A stretch of DNA of 47,474 nt, the filler included, from Jimgerdemannia flammicorona (taxonomy: Eukaryota), in NCBI GenBank assembly GCA_003990765.1. It is 2 parts of 2 records of this genome, joined end to end, with 100 filler letters (N's around TTAATTAATTAA, not from the genome) between each part and the next. Parts side by side here need not be neighbours in the genome. Positions count along the whole stretch, not along the records: positions 1 to 23,687 come from RBNJ01001078.1; 1 more part is not named here. One strand, written 5' to 3'. Every line of letters begins with the position of its first letter. The stretch's first letter is position 1. The notes beneath the pieces are model-generated. The model was given only the letters and a program-made list of their open reading frames with translations. It was not told where the DNA came from and ran no database searches. Positions 1-12,299 of the stretch are shown in pieces. The translations under genes and the position numbers were made by a program.

Positions 1-72
1 TTTTTTTATAGTCAATTGGACTCATCCTTTATTACACCCATCTATCCCATATAAGTACAGTGAACCCACCCC

Positions 73-3000
73 CTATCCAATCCCCCTAGGGAGGCCCCTC
101 CCTCCTATCCTTTCTCGATGAAACACTACTCTATCAAATACAATCCCCACTCTCCCACCACTCTGTTTGCATATCCTTGCCACTAAACCTCGCTGTCGCC
201 TCTCTGAAGGACCCCAACCTAGCCACCATCCAGTCATCAGATCCCCCAGCAGCTCCTCCCACCTTAAAACCTTCTTCTGCAGTCTCATCTGCTGCCCCTC
301 CTCAAATACAAATAGCCAATATCCCACCAATCCCACCCAAACTGCCAATACCCACCCAACAGTGAGCCAACTATCACCCACCCCCCCCCTAGCCGAGATC
401 TTAAGACCTCCCAGTGATCCCCCTCACCCACTGGCCTGCGCTCCACACCCAGTCTATTCCCTATTTAAACCCAAAAGTCCTCCAAAACTTCACACTCTCT
501 CAGCCAATATTCTGGCATCTGCACCAAACCCCCAGCTTGCCCTACATTGTAACACTCCTCACAGTCGAACAGCCTCCATCCACCAGATGCCTAGTGCAGA
601 AATTCAGCATGACATTCCTCCACAGTATTCGCCACCACACCACCCAGAACTTGGAGGAAAGCCACCACTATACCTCAGCACTCCAAGACCAGATACCTGC
701 CCAGTCCCACTCCTCGCTGATCCTGACTGCCTGCCAACTGCTTGGCCAAAGATCCTGGCCAAGACCCTGCTGATACTCCACTCTATCACCAATGTCAAAA
801 GCAGCAAGTAAAGCACCCCCCAGTAGCAGTCTATCCCAATGCCACATACTAGGACCCCACAATACCTCCCCCTTATTACCTTGCCAGCACAGACCAATTC
901 TGTATGCTCCATCAACCACACCCCACCAAAAGCTCTTAAACCTCAGCCTCTGAATTCCATTGAGCCCTACCAAAGAGAGTAAATCTCCTGAGGACCCTTG
1001 GGGGGAGATTCTCATCTCCCACACCTTCTGCAGCAGAGGCACCCAACCCCCTCCTTGCAGTTCAGTTGCTCTCTTCAACCACCAGGCTCACAAGCAGTGC
1101 AATCTCTTAGGGCAATCTACAAAGCCAAGACCTCCCCTGACCACTGGTGTCACAAGAGTATCCCAACTGATCTGGGGCCTCCTCTCTGTCTCTAACCACC
1201 TTTGTCAGCCTCTTCACCACCCAAGCTGGGAAGTCTAGGTGGTAGGCCACATACCACAGCTTGGGAAATCAGTATGTATTCAGAATTAATACCCACCCTG
1301 CTAGAGAGATATGGCGGCCTCCCCAACCTCAAAAGGCCTCCCCCCAAACAGCCACCCTGCTCTCCCACCACACTCGTGGCAAGACAGAGCCATATACAGA
1401 GAGGAAGATACCCAGATACCATACCACCTCACCAGTAGGGACAATTGTTCCAATGATATCCCCACCCACCAGCCCAATCCCTAACACTATAGTCTCACAC
1501 TTATGCCAGTTGAACTTTGCCCCAGAGTGATCCTCATACCATTCCACTGTCTCCTTTAGTACCTTGACATCTGCCACAGACTCAAGGCCAACCACCATAT
1601 CATCTGCAAAGGCTCCCACCTTCCAAACTATGCCATAGATAGAGAGTCCTACCACCTTCTGGCGAATCCTATCCATCAATGGTTCCAGTGAGAGGGTATA
1701 AAGAATAGGGGACAGGGGGTCCCTCTGAGGGACCCCTCTTCTCAAGATAAATGCCAGACCACAGTGACCATTATATATCAGTGCTGCCTGACTGCCCTCT
1801 AACAGATTCAATATAGAAGTCTGAAATTCTGGAGGAACACCAATATGATCCAATACCTTGCTCAGCCAAACCCACTGGACCTGGTCATAGGCCTACTCCT
1901 GGTCTAAGAAGACCAACCTTCTATCCAGACCACATGCCCAGGCCCCTTCAATGACACCATGCACCCATGCAGTCCCAACTCTTATAAGTCTGCCTTCAAC
2001 AAAGCCCCACTGCTCCTCCTCCAGCACCTGTTGGGCAACCTTCTGCAGCTTCACAACAACCACCTTAGTCACCATCTTCCTGTCCATGTCCAAAAGCATG
2101 ATTGGCTGCCAGTTCTTCCAGTTTTCTCTCCTCCCCTTGTCTTCATACAATAAAGCCACCAGCCCAAGGTTCTACTCTCCAACCCACTCATCACTCTGAA
2201 GAACAAGATCACAGAGAGCAGTCATCTCACCTAAAATACTGGGGACCTTAACCATCTACTTCCAGAATTCTCATAGTAGTCCATCCTCCCCTGGTGCCAT
2301 TCCATTTTTTGTCGCTGCAAGGATGCTCTGGACCTCCTCAGCTCTCACTGGCAAGGCCAAGTCACCCAGTCCAGCTACTTGTGGCAGCCTCCATTCCCCT
2401 AATATATCTTCAATAGCTGCCTCATCAGCACCTCCTTCTTCCTTACTTCACAAACTCTGCCATCTCTCTCTCTAAACCCCTAAGATTTGTTGCATGCCAT
2501 GTACCATATCCCCATCAGCATCTAGGACTCCATCTCACTGATGTCTCACCCTCCTTGCTTGGAGCAGACAGGACAAATACCTAGAAGGCTGCTCACCCTC
2601 CTCAAGCCCCTGCCACCATAGCCTAGCAGCCATACCTCGCATATGCACCTCCTTCTCTTCTCTCAAAACCTGTTGCAGTTCCATTATTTCTAGTTTAATC
2701 CACACTAACCTCAAATCTTCCACCCCAGTAGAAGTAAGCAAACCCGCCCAATTTATTTGTAATCTTCTCAGCCTGTTGGAAGCACACCTTGTGTGCTTTC
2801 TCCTCTGTCTCCCAGCTTCTCTCCCAGCCTCTCCCCAATAAACCCTTGCAGCCTCTTTCAATCTCATCCAATGGACACCCACTGACAAACCCTCACACTT
2901 CCAGAAAGAAACCTTTGCCTGAATGTCCTCTACTTACAAATCCCACAACCCCTTCTCAGCCAGCAGGGAGGAGTTAAGGCACCAATGTCCAGGTCCATCT

Positions 3001-3710
3001 TTACTCCCCCCAAACTGCCCCTATCCCAACAGTCCCCAGTGATCAGACCATGGGCACCATTCCATCTCCAATATCTTCCAGACATCAGACCCCCAGCATT
3101 CTGCCATCAGAATCCAGTCAATCCTTATACCTAAGCCATTCACCCAATGCATGTAGACCCTGGAGTTGCCCCATCATGTTCTGCCCATATCCCCTAAGGA
3201 GCTCAGCCTCTCTACCTCCTCCCATGCATCCAGGCCTCCACTTCTCCCTCCTATACCCCTCCCACCATCAGTTCGGTCCAGATGCTGATCCTGAACCATA
3301 TTAAAGTCCCCCCCAAGCATATCAACCCCTTCCACCAAGAGAAAACCCCCCTCCAGCAGCTCCCTAATCTATGTAATCCTCTTACCCCTAACCGCAGGGC
3401 AGTAGCAACAGCCAACCCTCACCAACTCCCACCCTGGCCAATGCCAATCTCCCCAGACCAAGCAATCACCCCAGCTCCCAATACTCCCCAAGTCTCCTCT
3501 ACCCTTCCTCACCTGAATCGCCACTTTTCCAAACCAAGCAGTAGCCCCACTCCATTCTCTAGTTCATGCAACCCAATTGTCCTCCTCCTCATACTGAACA
3601 TTCTGCAGTAAAAAGAGATCGGCCTCCAATCCCTTAAGCCAATTAAAAAATGTTCTTATGCCACCCTGATCCCCTTAGCCCATTCACATTCAAAGAGAAA
3701 ATGTTAGTTG
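73..3710 (-). pseudogene. LINE ORF2: apurinic-like endonuclease + reverse transcriptase, disrupted
   Basis: APE motifs: FSLNVNGL (~3675-3700), GGDFN (~3300), RIDWI (~3120), WSDH (~3045). RT motifs: APGEDG (~2290), NWQPIMLL, QWGFVEGR, LDQE*AYD, GVPQRDPLSP, AFADD (~1600). Many stops and frameshifts. Confidence 0.93.
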
Positions 3711-3751
3711 TACTGTTTATAAGAAATAATGTTATATACCAATCCCATCCT

Positions 3752-5780
3752 CTACAAGTCCACATTCGGCTCCTCCTGCACCAAGTCCAAGTCACATTCA
3801 GTAGCTAGTTCCCTTTCTCCAGCTTCCTGTGCCTCCAACCCTCTCAGAAGTTCTACCATTGCCCCATTTTCATGCTCCTCAAAGTCCTCATGATATTCCA
3901 AACAGGCCTCCTGCCAGAACCACAAGCCATACCACTCCACCCAACAGTATGCCACCCACTCACCAGTGACCACTACCAGCTCAGCCCTCCTAATCTCATC
4001 AACCTCATATCCCTCCTCCTCCAGGAAAATCGAAAGAATCTCCCCTTTCAGTGTCTCCACCACTCCCTCGCCATGCAAAATCTGTGCCCAGTGCTCCTCA
4101 GGCATTACCCACAGGTCCACTTACCCCAAAGTCCCAGCTACGAGGTTATCCATCACCTTGCTCATCCACAGCAAGTTCCCCACCTCCTTCCCTCTTGGAG
4201 TCTCTGGCCATCCTATGTCCAACATTGTGGTGTCAGCCCCTACACTAGCAGCCTCATCCCACTCCTCCTCAGGGATATCCACCAGCTCATCCTCACTAAC
4301 TGCTACCACCTGACCCCCTTTTTCCACATCAGGGACCCCAAAGTGCACTCGCTGGGCCCCCTTCATCAGTGTATCCTCTGTTGGCTGCCTCTTTCCAGCC
4401 AGGCCCCTCCTGATAAGAGGGGGGGGGGGGTTGCATCCAGCTCTGGCTCCCAGACCTCAAAAGTGCCATCAGTAAAGGAGTTCTTGCTCACCATCTTTTC
4501 AGCCCCTTCCTTGCCCACCTCCTCCTCCCCAATCTCTTTACTTACCTAAACACTGGCTTCAACACCCCCAGACCCTTCAGCTCCTACTGCCTTCTGCTTA
4601 GCCTCTATATACATACTTGCAAGTAGCTCTCTCTGCCTCCTGCACCCCTGTGCCTGCTCCCACTGCTTCCTGTCAGTATGGATGTGTTTCCCATCTATAA
4701 CCTCCAGATGCACCAACTCCTCATATACCTTCCAGGCCCTTGCCCTTCTCTCCACAGCTCCACTCATCTCCTCCAGCACATCCAACAAGTCCTCCTCCTC
4801 CTTCTCACTCCCCTTCACCCTCGACACCTTACAGATGAATGTCTCCCACATCAGTATGGAAGGCCAGTCACTTGCCTTCCCTGTGACCTCCTTGCCTGCC
4901 AGCTGAATCCTGACATCAATGTCACCCATCCTGATTGTTGTCCTCTCCTACACCTGAAAACCAATGTCCACTACATCACCATATGCTATCATCATCTCCT
5001 CCACCCTCTTTCTAGTCTCCTTCTTAGTCACTATGGGCACCCCCTTTACCAGAAGCTGCACCACCCTGGGGTCCCATCACAAGCACCACACTATGGGGAC
5101 CACCACCTCCCCAACTATGATGTCAGTCTTTAGTGCCTCATCCAGTAGGCCTGTCTCCTCAAAGCCCACCTTGACCCCCTCCAGACCCTTCAAGAACTTC
5201 ACCAAGGCCACCCCAGCCACCTGCTTCGAAACAAGTCCCAGAACCATCCTCACTATCACTGCCAAGCCCCGGAAGCACAAGGTCACTGCAAACTCTGAGA
5301 TCGACTTCTTGAGCAACAAGGTCACCACCAGCCCTGTTACACCATCCGCTAGGTCCCCCTTCCGCATCAGGAACCCTTACCCCACCGGGTCATCAGCCAT
5401 CACATCTCTTTTTTTTTCCTGATTCCCCATCACACTTCCATCAACAGTCACACCCTCAGCCACAGCACCTCTAGCCCCTACACCTGTACTCTCTGCCAGA
5501 GCACTACCCCCCCTCCCAAGCTCGTCTTGCCCTTCCCCTCAGCAGCACCAGCCCTATTACCAGCCAGTCACCCACTCTCCTTGACCTTGTCTATGAAGCT
5601 CAAGAGACCAGATCTTCCCCCATTGCCACCAGACACTGGTCTCCCTCCAGAGCCCTCTCCATTCTTTGGTCCTCTGAAGGCCCCCATCCCCAGGCCATAG
5701 CCCCTCCCCACCTGCTGCCAGTCAAAGGCCCTAGATCCACCCAACCTAGTATGCACACCTGTATAGTCATTGCTCTCCAT
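3752..5780 (-). pseudogene. LINE ORF1 (nucleic-acid-binding protein), disrupted
   Basis: Chain of minus-strand ORF fragments from MESNDY (5780), including LLVKGVP...YGDVVDIGF (RRM/DUF4283-like), directly upstream of the APE domain. Confidence 0.75.
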
Positions 5781-5869
5781 GTTGCTAGTTGCCTTTTACC
5801 AAAAACATTGTCGAAAGTGTTGCCTGAGTCTTGTATCATCTGAATGTTACTGGTAAAAGGTGCCAAGCC

Positions 5870-7164
5870 CCTAGTTACTTTGTCAAAAAGCAACAAAATG
5901 TTTTAAGATTCCTGAGGTCCTTGGTGTTTAGCAGTAAAATAGTCAAGATCTGAATACTGTACAAGTGGTTTCCTTTTTGGGACAGGTTCTTGGGTGTAGT
6001 GGCGATTTGTGTGTGTGAATGGGTTTCCTTCTTGGGTCAACTAAGAATGGTAGAATTCATGTGTAGCATGACAATCTTGTGTATGATAGTCTGGCAATTT
6101 AGCAGTTCTCCTTATGTAATTTCTGTATGATGATCTTGTGTAGCACAAGTGGATTCCTTATTCGGGTCAACTGGGAATACCACAATTGCATAGTATGACA
6201 ATCTTACAAAAGTATGCAATTTCTGGTGGATGACTCAATTAGGCTCACTGGGAATGGAGGATGGCACAGATTCTCCTTACTGGGAATTATACTGGTGGCA
6301 GGTTCCTCTTGGCTTACTGGGAATAACTGATAACTCAGATGGAGCAAATAGAGCTCTTCTGGGAATATGGATGACTAGAAAATGGCAGATGATACAGATT
6401 CTCCTGAATTGGCAGACTTCTGAGAAATAACTCGGATGGTGCAAATTCTTTCTGTATCAGCTTCAACTGAGAATACTACATGGATTCTTGGCAAGTTACA
6501 TCAAAGACTGGCTTTGTTTGCATGGGGTTACATCATAGACTGGCTCCACTGTGAACTTACATCAGAAATTCTGGCTTGTGACAAAAAAGGCAGGTTCTCT
6601 GGAAATGTAGCAAATAACTGGAAAACAATGGATGACATGGATTCTTTCTGAATCAGCAAAGTTCTTGAAAATGGCAGCTTATTCCTTAAGCAGCAGATTA
6701 CTCAAAAGGTGGCAAAGTTCTTCCTTGAACTTAGGCAGCAAAATCAGCTTTATATCGGAAAGTAGACCAGAGTGGAAAGGGGAAATAAGTCACAATCTCC
6801 TAGCAGTGGCTGTAGAGTTCCTCTCGAAGTGTGGTAGGCAGACTTGACTTTTGCTTTAAATTTCAGACTTTTCGGACTGAGGTTTATTCACTCTTGTCTC
6901 TGGGGTAATTTATACATTGTGGTTGCTATCTAATTGCTACCTGGCTAACTATAGATTTGCTATCTATGGTGTGTTTGGGTAGACAGTTGCTGTCTGGTGG
7001 ACAGCCACTGTCCAGGGGACAGCCACTGATCACATTATTCCCTTCTTTAGCTATCTGGTTATTTATATATTTTTCCACAGCAATGGTTGCTGGTTACTAT
7101 ACTATGCTAATGTTCATGTCACCTGGTTAGGTTTTGAGATTGCTATGTTTCATGGTTTGTCACA
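5870..7164 (-). repeat. 3' LTR of Gypsy A
   Basis: Colinear with 14838-16113 and ends ...GTTTGTCACA at 7164. The first ~50 bp seen in the other LTR are missing or replaced. Confidence 0.92.
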
Positions 7165-7700
7165 TCAGCCCTCACTGAAGGATAGTCTGTCCCAGACTAT
7201 TCTTCAGTCATCATCCCAATAGGTGTAAGCTGCTTCTGCATCTATACCTGTCCCATCATCTTCATTGTCTGTGTCAGGGTCACTCCATTCTAGCTCTGGA
7301 TCTTCTTCTTGTCCTTCAGGAAACAGGATATCCACTTGTTGGGGAATACTCTAAAAGGTGGTCTCATTCATCTGATGAATATCATTGAGGTAGAAGTGAG
7401 ATTGCACTAGAGCTCTGACATTTCATTTATATAGAGTGTAGATCTGTTTGGCATTTCTGGCTTCTCAGTGGGTTATCCCAGCTGGTCCTCCAATATATGG
7501 TTATTCTTCAAGTAATTGTCTGATGTTATAGAAGACCTATAGATGGTGGATCTGTAACAATCTTTGGGTGATAGCAAGGTTCTCTTGATGCTTTTGGATC
7601 AATTGTATTGGGGTTCCTTCAAGTTGGTGGAACTGGGGTAAGGGTACTGGTAGGGCCTGGAAGGAGCTGAGGACCAATGTCTGGAGATGCTGATCAATCC
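7165..7700 (-). pseudogene. Accessory ORF between integrase and the 3' LTR, unknown function
   Basis: One frame reads PVPLPQFHQLEGTPIQLIQKHQENLAITQRLLQIHHL*VFYNIRQLLEE*PYIGG...EARNAKQIYTLYK*NVRALVQSHFYLNDIHQMNETTF, followed by an acidic tail. Stops could derive from C-to-T or G-to-A changes. Confidence 0.55.
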
Positions 7701-7719
7701 TTTGGCTTATGGTGTAGAG

Positions 7720-8760
7720 GGGAGATATAGTTTGAGGTGATTGATGTATACTACTGTTCTCAGAGTTTGTGCATCCATACTTATTAAATAGATGCCAGTT
7801 CCTCAGATATTGTATACAAGATAAGGTCTTTTCCATTTGGGTTCCAGTTTGGTGGCAAAAAGTTTGTTTCTATCATGCTTCTCCAAACCAGGACTTGGTC
7901 ACCAATCTTGATCTTCTGATCCTTCTGTTTCTGATTATAATACTTCTTTTTTCTTTTCTGAGCCTTGTTAATCTGAATTCGGGCTTTGTTTCACAGCTGA
8001 TCTCCCTTTTCAAGAAGCTTTATGAGGTTCTCATGGTCAGTAGTTCTGGTCTTCTTGGCAAACATCATTTCGAAGAGCTTTTATTTGGTTGATGCAACAG
8101 GGGTATTTCGGATTTCCCATAAGATCTCAGATAAGCAGAGATTCCAATTAGTAGGATTGACTTGGGCAAGTCCTTTCTTGATGGTCTGGTTCATTCTTTC
8201 TGTCATGCCATTGGTCTGAGAGTAGTATGATGTGGTCCTTTTGAGGTGGATCCTGTGAATTTGGGCATAACTTATGATTATGTTGTTGATGAATTCTGTG
8301 CCTCAGTCAGAGATGAGTTCTTCTGGGGCTCTATATCTGAGTGTGAGTCCATAGAGGAGGCCTACAATAGTTAAGACATCTGCATTCTCCATTGGGAAAG
8401 CCTTGGGCCACTTAGTCAGATATTCTACAAATATTAGGATGTATTTGTTTCTTCTTAGTATAACTGGTAGGGGTCCAATTACATCCCATCTTTGAAAGAT
8501 GTGAGTGGGTGGGGGAATCAGTTGCAAAGAGGCTTGATAGTTCTTCTTTCCTTGGTACTTCTGACAGGTATCACATTTCTGAATGATGTCTTAGACTTGA
8601 GTTCTGAGGTGGGGCCAATGTTGATATTGTTTTCAAATCTTGTCTTCTGTGCTTGTCTGTCCTTGGTGGGCTTTCTGATGTTCTTTTCAGATGAGATCTT
8701 CTTGTGCCATGATAGTCTGAGGAGCTTCCTTTAGGGTGTAGTTCCTCAGGACACCCTTCT
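7720..8760 (-). pseudogene. Gypsy integrase (DDE core + GPY/F), disrupted
   Basis: WDVIGPLP, IFVEYLTKWPKAFP, EELISD*GTEF, YYSQTNGMTERMNQTIK, LEPKWKRPY. Confidence 0.92.
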
Positions 8761-8769
8761 TCTGGTTTA

Positions 8770-10180
8770 TTAGGGCTGGTGGGAAAGTACGTCAATATTG
8801 TTGTGGGCTTTCCCTGCTTTGTGAATATTGGTGATTTTGTAATTCTGAAGAATAAGGATCCAGCAGGCTAGGATTCCAGCAGGTTTCTTACAGTTGAATA
8901 GCCATTTGAGGGCTACATGATCTGTGATCAGGGTGTACCTTTTTCCAATGAGGTAATGCTTGAACAGAGTGACCACCCATATGACTGCAAGGCATTCCAG
9001 TTTGGTGCTACCATAGTTCATCTGCTGCTGGTTAGTAGCTCTGCTTGCATAAGCTATCATATGGTGCTATTGATCAGGTCCTTCTTGGGATAGGACTGCC
9101 CCAAGGTCATCTTTAGAAGCATTTGTATATAAGATGAATGACTTCATAAGATTGGGGTGTACAAGGATTGGTGCTGTAGTCATCTGGTTCTTCAGTTCTC
9201 TGAAGGCTTTTTTCTGTGATTCTGTCCATTTGAATGGTACTTCTTTCTTGAGAAGGATTCAGATTGGGGCAGTGATTTGGGCAAAATCTTTGATAAACCT
9301 TCTGTAGTAGGATACTAGTATTAGGAATTATAGTGTTTCCTTTGGAGTCTTGGGTACTGGCCAATTGTTGATCTTCTCAGTTTTCTTTGGGTCTGCATGA
9401 GTTCCTTCTTTTGAAACCATGAATCCCAGGAATTCGAGTTTCTGTTTCCCAAAGTAGCATTTCTTTGCATTCAATCTCAAGTGATTCTTACAGATGAGCT
9501 TGAAGAATTCCTCTAGGTGGTGCAGGTATTCTTAGAAATTTGCTAAATAGATGTTGGAATCATCCATGTATACAATCAGGCAGTGGTGGATCATGAGGGC
9601 ATAGACTGAATTCATCATCCTCTGAAAGGTAGGGGGTGCATTGCAGAGTCCAAAGGGCATTCAGAGGTATTCAAACAGTTTTCCTAGAGCAAGGAAAGCT
9701 GTCTTTTGAATGTCCTTGGGGTCCATGGAGATCTCATGGAATCCTGTGAAGAGGTCCATACTGCTGAAGTATCTGGCATCTTGTAACTGGTCCAAAAGGT
9801 CATCGATTCTGGGCAAAGGATAAGCATCCTTTTTAGTGACTGAATTGAGTTTTCTGTAATCCACACAGAGTCTCCATCCTCCTTTCTTTGGTACAATAAG
9901 TATAGGGCTGGCCCAGGGGCTGGTAGAGGGTCGGATGACTCTATTGTCTAAGAGTTCTTGGATGTGCTCTTTTTGAATATTTTCAAATGATGGGGTATTC
10001 TATAGGGTTTCTGCTGGATGGGTGTTGCATTTCCTGTATTTATGCTGTGGTGATATGATGGATTGTATGGCAGGTTGTCATAATCAGTGGTGAAGATATC
10101 TTGATATTTGTTGAGAAGTTCTACTAGTTGTTGCTGTTGTTGAGGTGTCAATTCTTCTCCAATGTTGGTGGAAGGCTTCA
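8770..10180 (-). pseudogene. Gypsy reverse transcriptase + RNase H, disrupted
   Basis: PIQQKPYRIP, SPWASPI, DYRKLNSVTKKDAYPLPRIDDLLDQL, VYMDD (~9560-9575), IAYASR, ECLAVIW, ITDHVAL. Confidence 0.96.
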
Positions 10181-10591
10181 CTGTCTACTAGGTCGCAGAG
10201 GGGCCTTTCCTTTCTTCTGGGACCTTTTGCCATTTCCTGATAGATTTAGTTCATAAACTCCCCTATGTGTTCGGTTGAGAAAAGGTACCAGATGTCCTAT
10301 GATAGTTCCTTTTGGCAAGATGATGGTCTCCCAACTTTGGTTGGTTGCTCGGGAGTGTACTGGGTTCATCTTGTCATGGAATGTGTGTCCCTCTATGTCC
10401 AGGTGTGGGATATCTTCCTTGGGTTTGAAGAAAATGTTTCTGGGGTCCGGTGGTGCAAAGATTTCGAAGATAGTTTGTTCCCCAGGCTCCAGGATGAGAT
10501 TCTTGTACAGTCTGACTGGTTGCTGGTACACTTGCTGGGGAACATTCCTCTTGAGGTGGTTGACTTGAAGGAGATGTACCTCCTTCCTATA

Positions 10592-10995
10592 TGAACTTCC
10601 AAATCCCTTGGCTTGTCTTGTTCCTTCAGTTAGTTCATAGACTTCCTGTAACTGTGGGGTCTTGACCTTCATGAAGACTGCTTGGGCAATCTTCTGTCCT
10701 CTGATGATTCAGCACTATTCTGCACTACTATTGTGTAGGATAATCTTGATTTCGCCTGTATATCCAGGGTCAATGGTTCCTCCTTCTACAGTTATCCCTT
10801 GTCTGGTAAATTTGGATCTTGAGGTTAGTTGAATATTAGCTCCTAGGGGTGGCTGTATGGCTAATCTGGTTCTGACCATGAAGGTTTTTCCAGGCTTGAT
10901 AGATTCATCCTCCAGGCTGTGAAGATTATATCCTACATCCTCTGGGTGGACTTTGGTCAGGGGTTTGGCCTTGGGATGTAGCAGGGCATACTGGG
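10592..10995 (-). pseudogene. dUTPase domain in Gypsy A pol, between PR and RT
   Basis: All five trimeric-dUTPase motifs are in order: DVGYNL, SRS, GTIDPGYTGEI, GQKIAQ, TRQAKGFGSS. Two in-frame stops. Confidence 0.93.
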
Positions 10996-12299
10996 CAATA
11001 TTCTTACTGATTTCAGGCTGTCCTAGAGCTGAGGCACCAATAGCAGAGAGCCTCCAGGCTCTGAGGTTGAGGTGTGGCCATCAGGCTCCAGTAGAAGGGT
11101 CTCAGAGATAGTTGATTCCCCTTCTTCCTGTAGGGTCTAGGGCTTCCATGAAAATGGTGGCATCTTCTGCCCATCCTTGGTGGGTTGTATGTCTGATGAG
11201 AGCTAGGATGTCTTCTCCCAAATCATAGATCTTAAGGACTCTTCTTCCTGGCTTCCTGGTTTGGTTTTTTCGAATCTGGCCTCTATTGTCTCCTCTCTTT
11301 AAAGTATGGACTGCAACATCATGACTGAGGTGAATCTTCTGATGTCTGCAATCTTGGCAGTCAGGGTGTCTTCTATGGTTGCAATATCCCATTGCTCAGA
11401 AATGGTGTTCCTGGCTGTTGATCTCTTGTTGTCTTGGGAATTGGTACCCATCTTGGTCATAGGTGAGTACAAGAGATATATTGCTGACTGGGTGAAGAAG
11501 CCTTATCCTCTAAATCAACTTTGTAACCTTGTGGTAACTTCTTGAAAAGTGGTTGACTGTGCATATGTAGTTGGGGGTTCTGGTCTCTGGGGTCTCTGTC
11601 TTTCTTATTGGTCCAAAAAATGACACTGATAGCAGTAGTCTCGGGGAGAGTAGAAGACCATTTGGTGTGGACATCTTCTTAGCCAAAAAGCTTTCTCTTG
11701 GTGGGTTTCTTTCTTGGGGATAATGGTGATTGTACTGGGTCCTTCTTCTGTATTCCAAGGGTCATTGTCTTCAGGTAGTGTCCAGCGAGGGTCATCTCAG
11801 AGAATGAGTTCAGGGGCCTCTTCTTCATCAGGTGCTTCTTATTCAGGAACTTCTTGGTCAGAAGTTTCTTCTTCCTTGGATGATTCTTGACCCCAAATTG
11901 CTTGTACTTCTGCAGCTTCGGTTGCAGGTGTTTCTGGAACATGTCTGTATTTCTTCTTCTTCCTTCTGCACTCTGGGCAGGCTGTGCTAGGTGATTTCCT
12001 TCTTTCCGTGATTTTGGAGGAGTGCTTGGGACACTTGTGTCTCTTGAGGCATGTAGGGCATCCTTTGGCTCCTCCTGCAAAAGCTCTAATAGTAATAGGG
12101 ATAGTGTTCTTGGCCCACGTATTATCTTCTGAATGATCATCCACCAGATTGATTCAGGGATTGAGTCTGGGATCATTTCCATCTTCTTCTTCTTCTTCTT
12201 CTTCTGTGGTAGATTCTTCACTACTGGCATATTCTTCCTGAATAGTGACCTTGTTCTTCTTCTTTAATTACTCATAGCTGGTCACCTTAACTCTATATT

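Larger units (their letters stand above)
1..5870 (-). mobile_element. Near full-length, degenerate L1/Tx1-type LINE (ORF1 + APE-RT ORF2, poly(A) tail)
   Basis: The minus strand ends in AATAAA...A7 at position 1. It carries ORF1 and ORF2 motifs (next two entries). The 5' boundary is approximate, set where Gypsy LTR similarity begins. Confidence 0.93.

Noticed and set aside
167..5422. Many Pro/Ser/His-rich plus-strand ORFs
   Set aside because: They are antisense shadows of the G-rich LINE coding strand.
5845..5850. TGTTAC as the true left end of the 3' LTR
   Set aside because: The sequence after it does not match the 5' LTR terminus, and the flanking 5-mer (CTGAA) does not match ATGAT.
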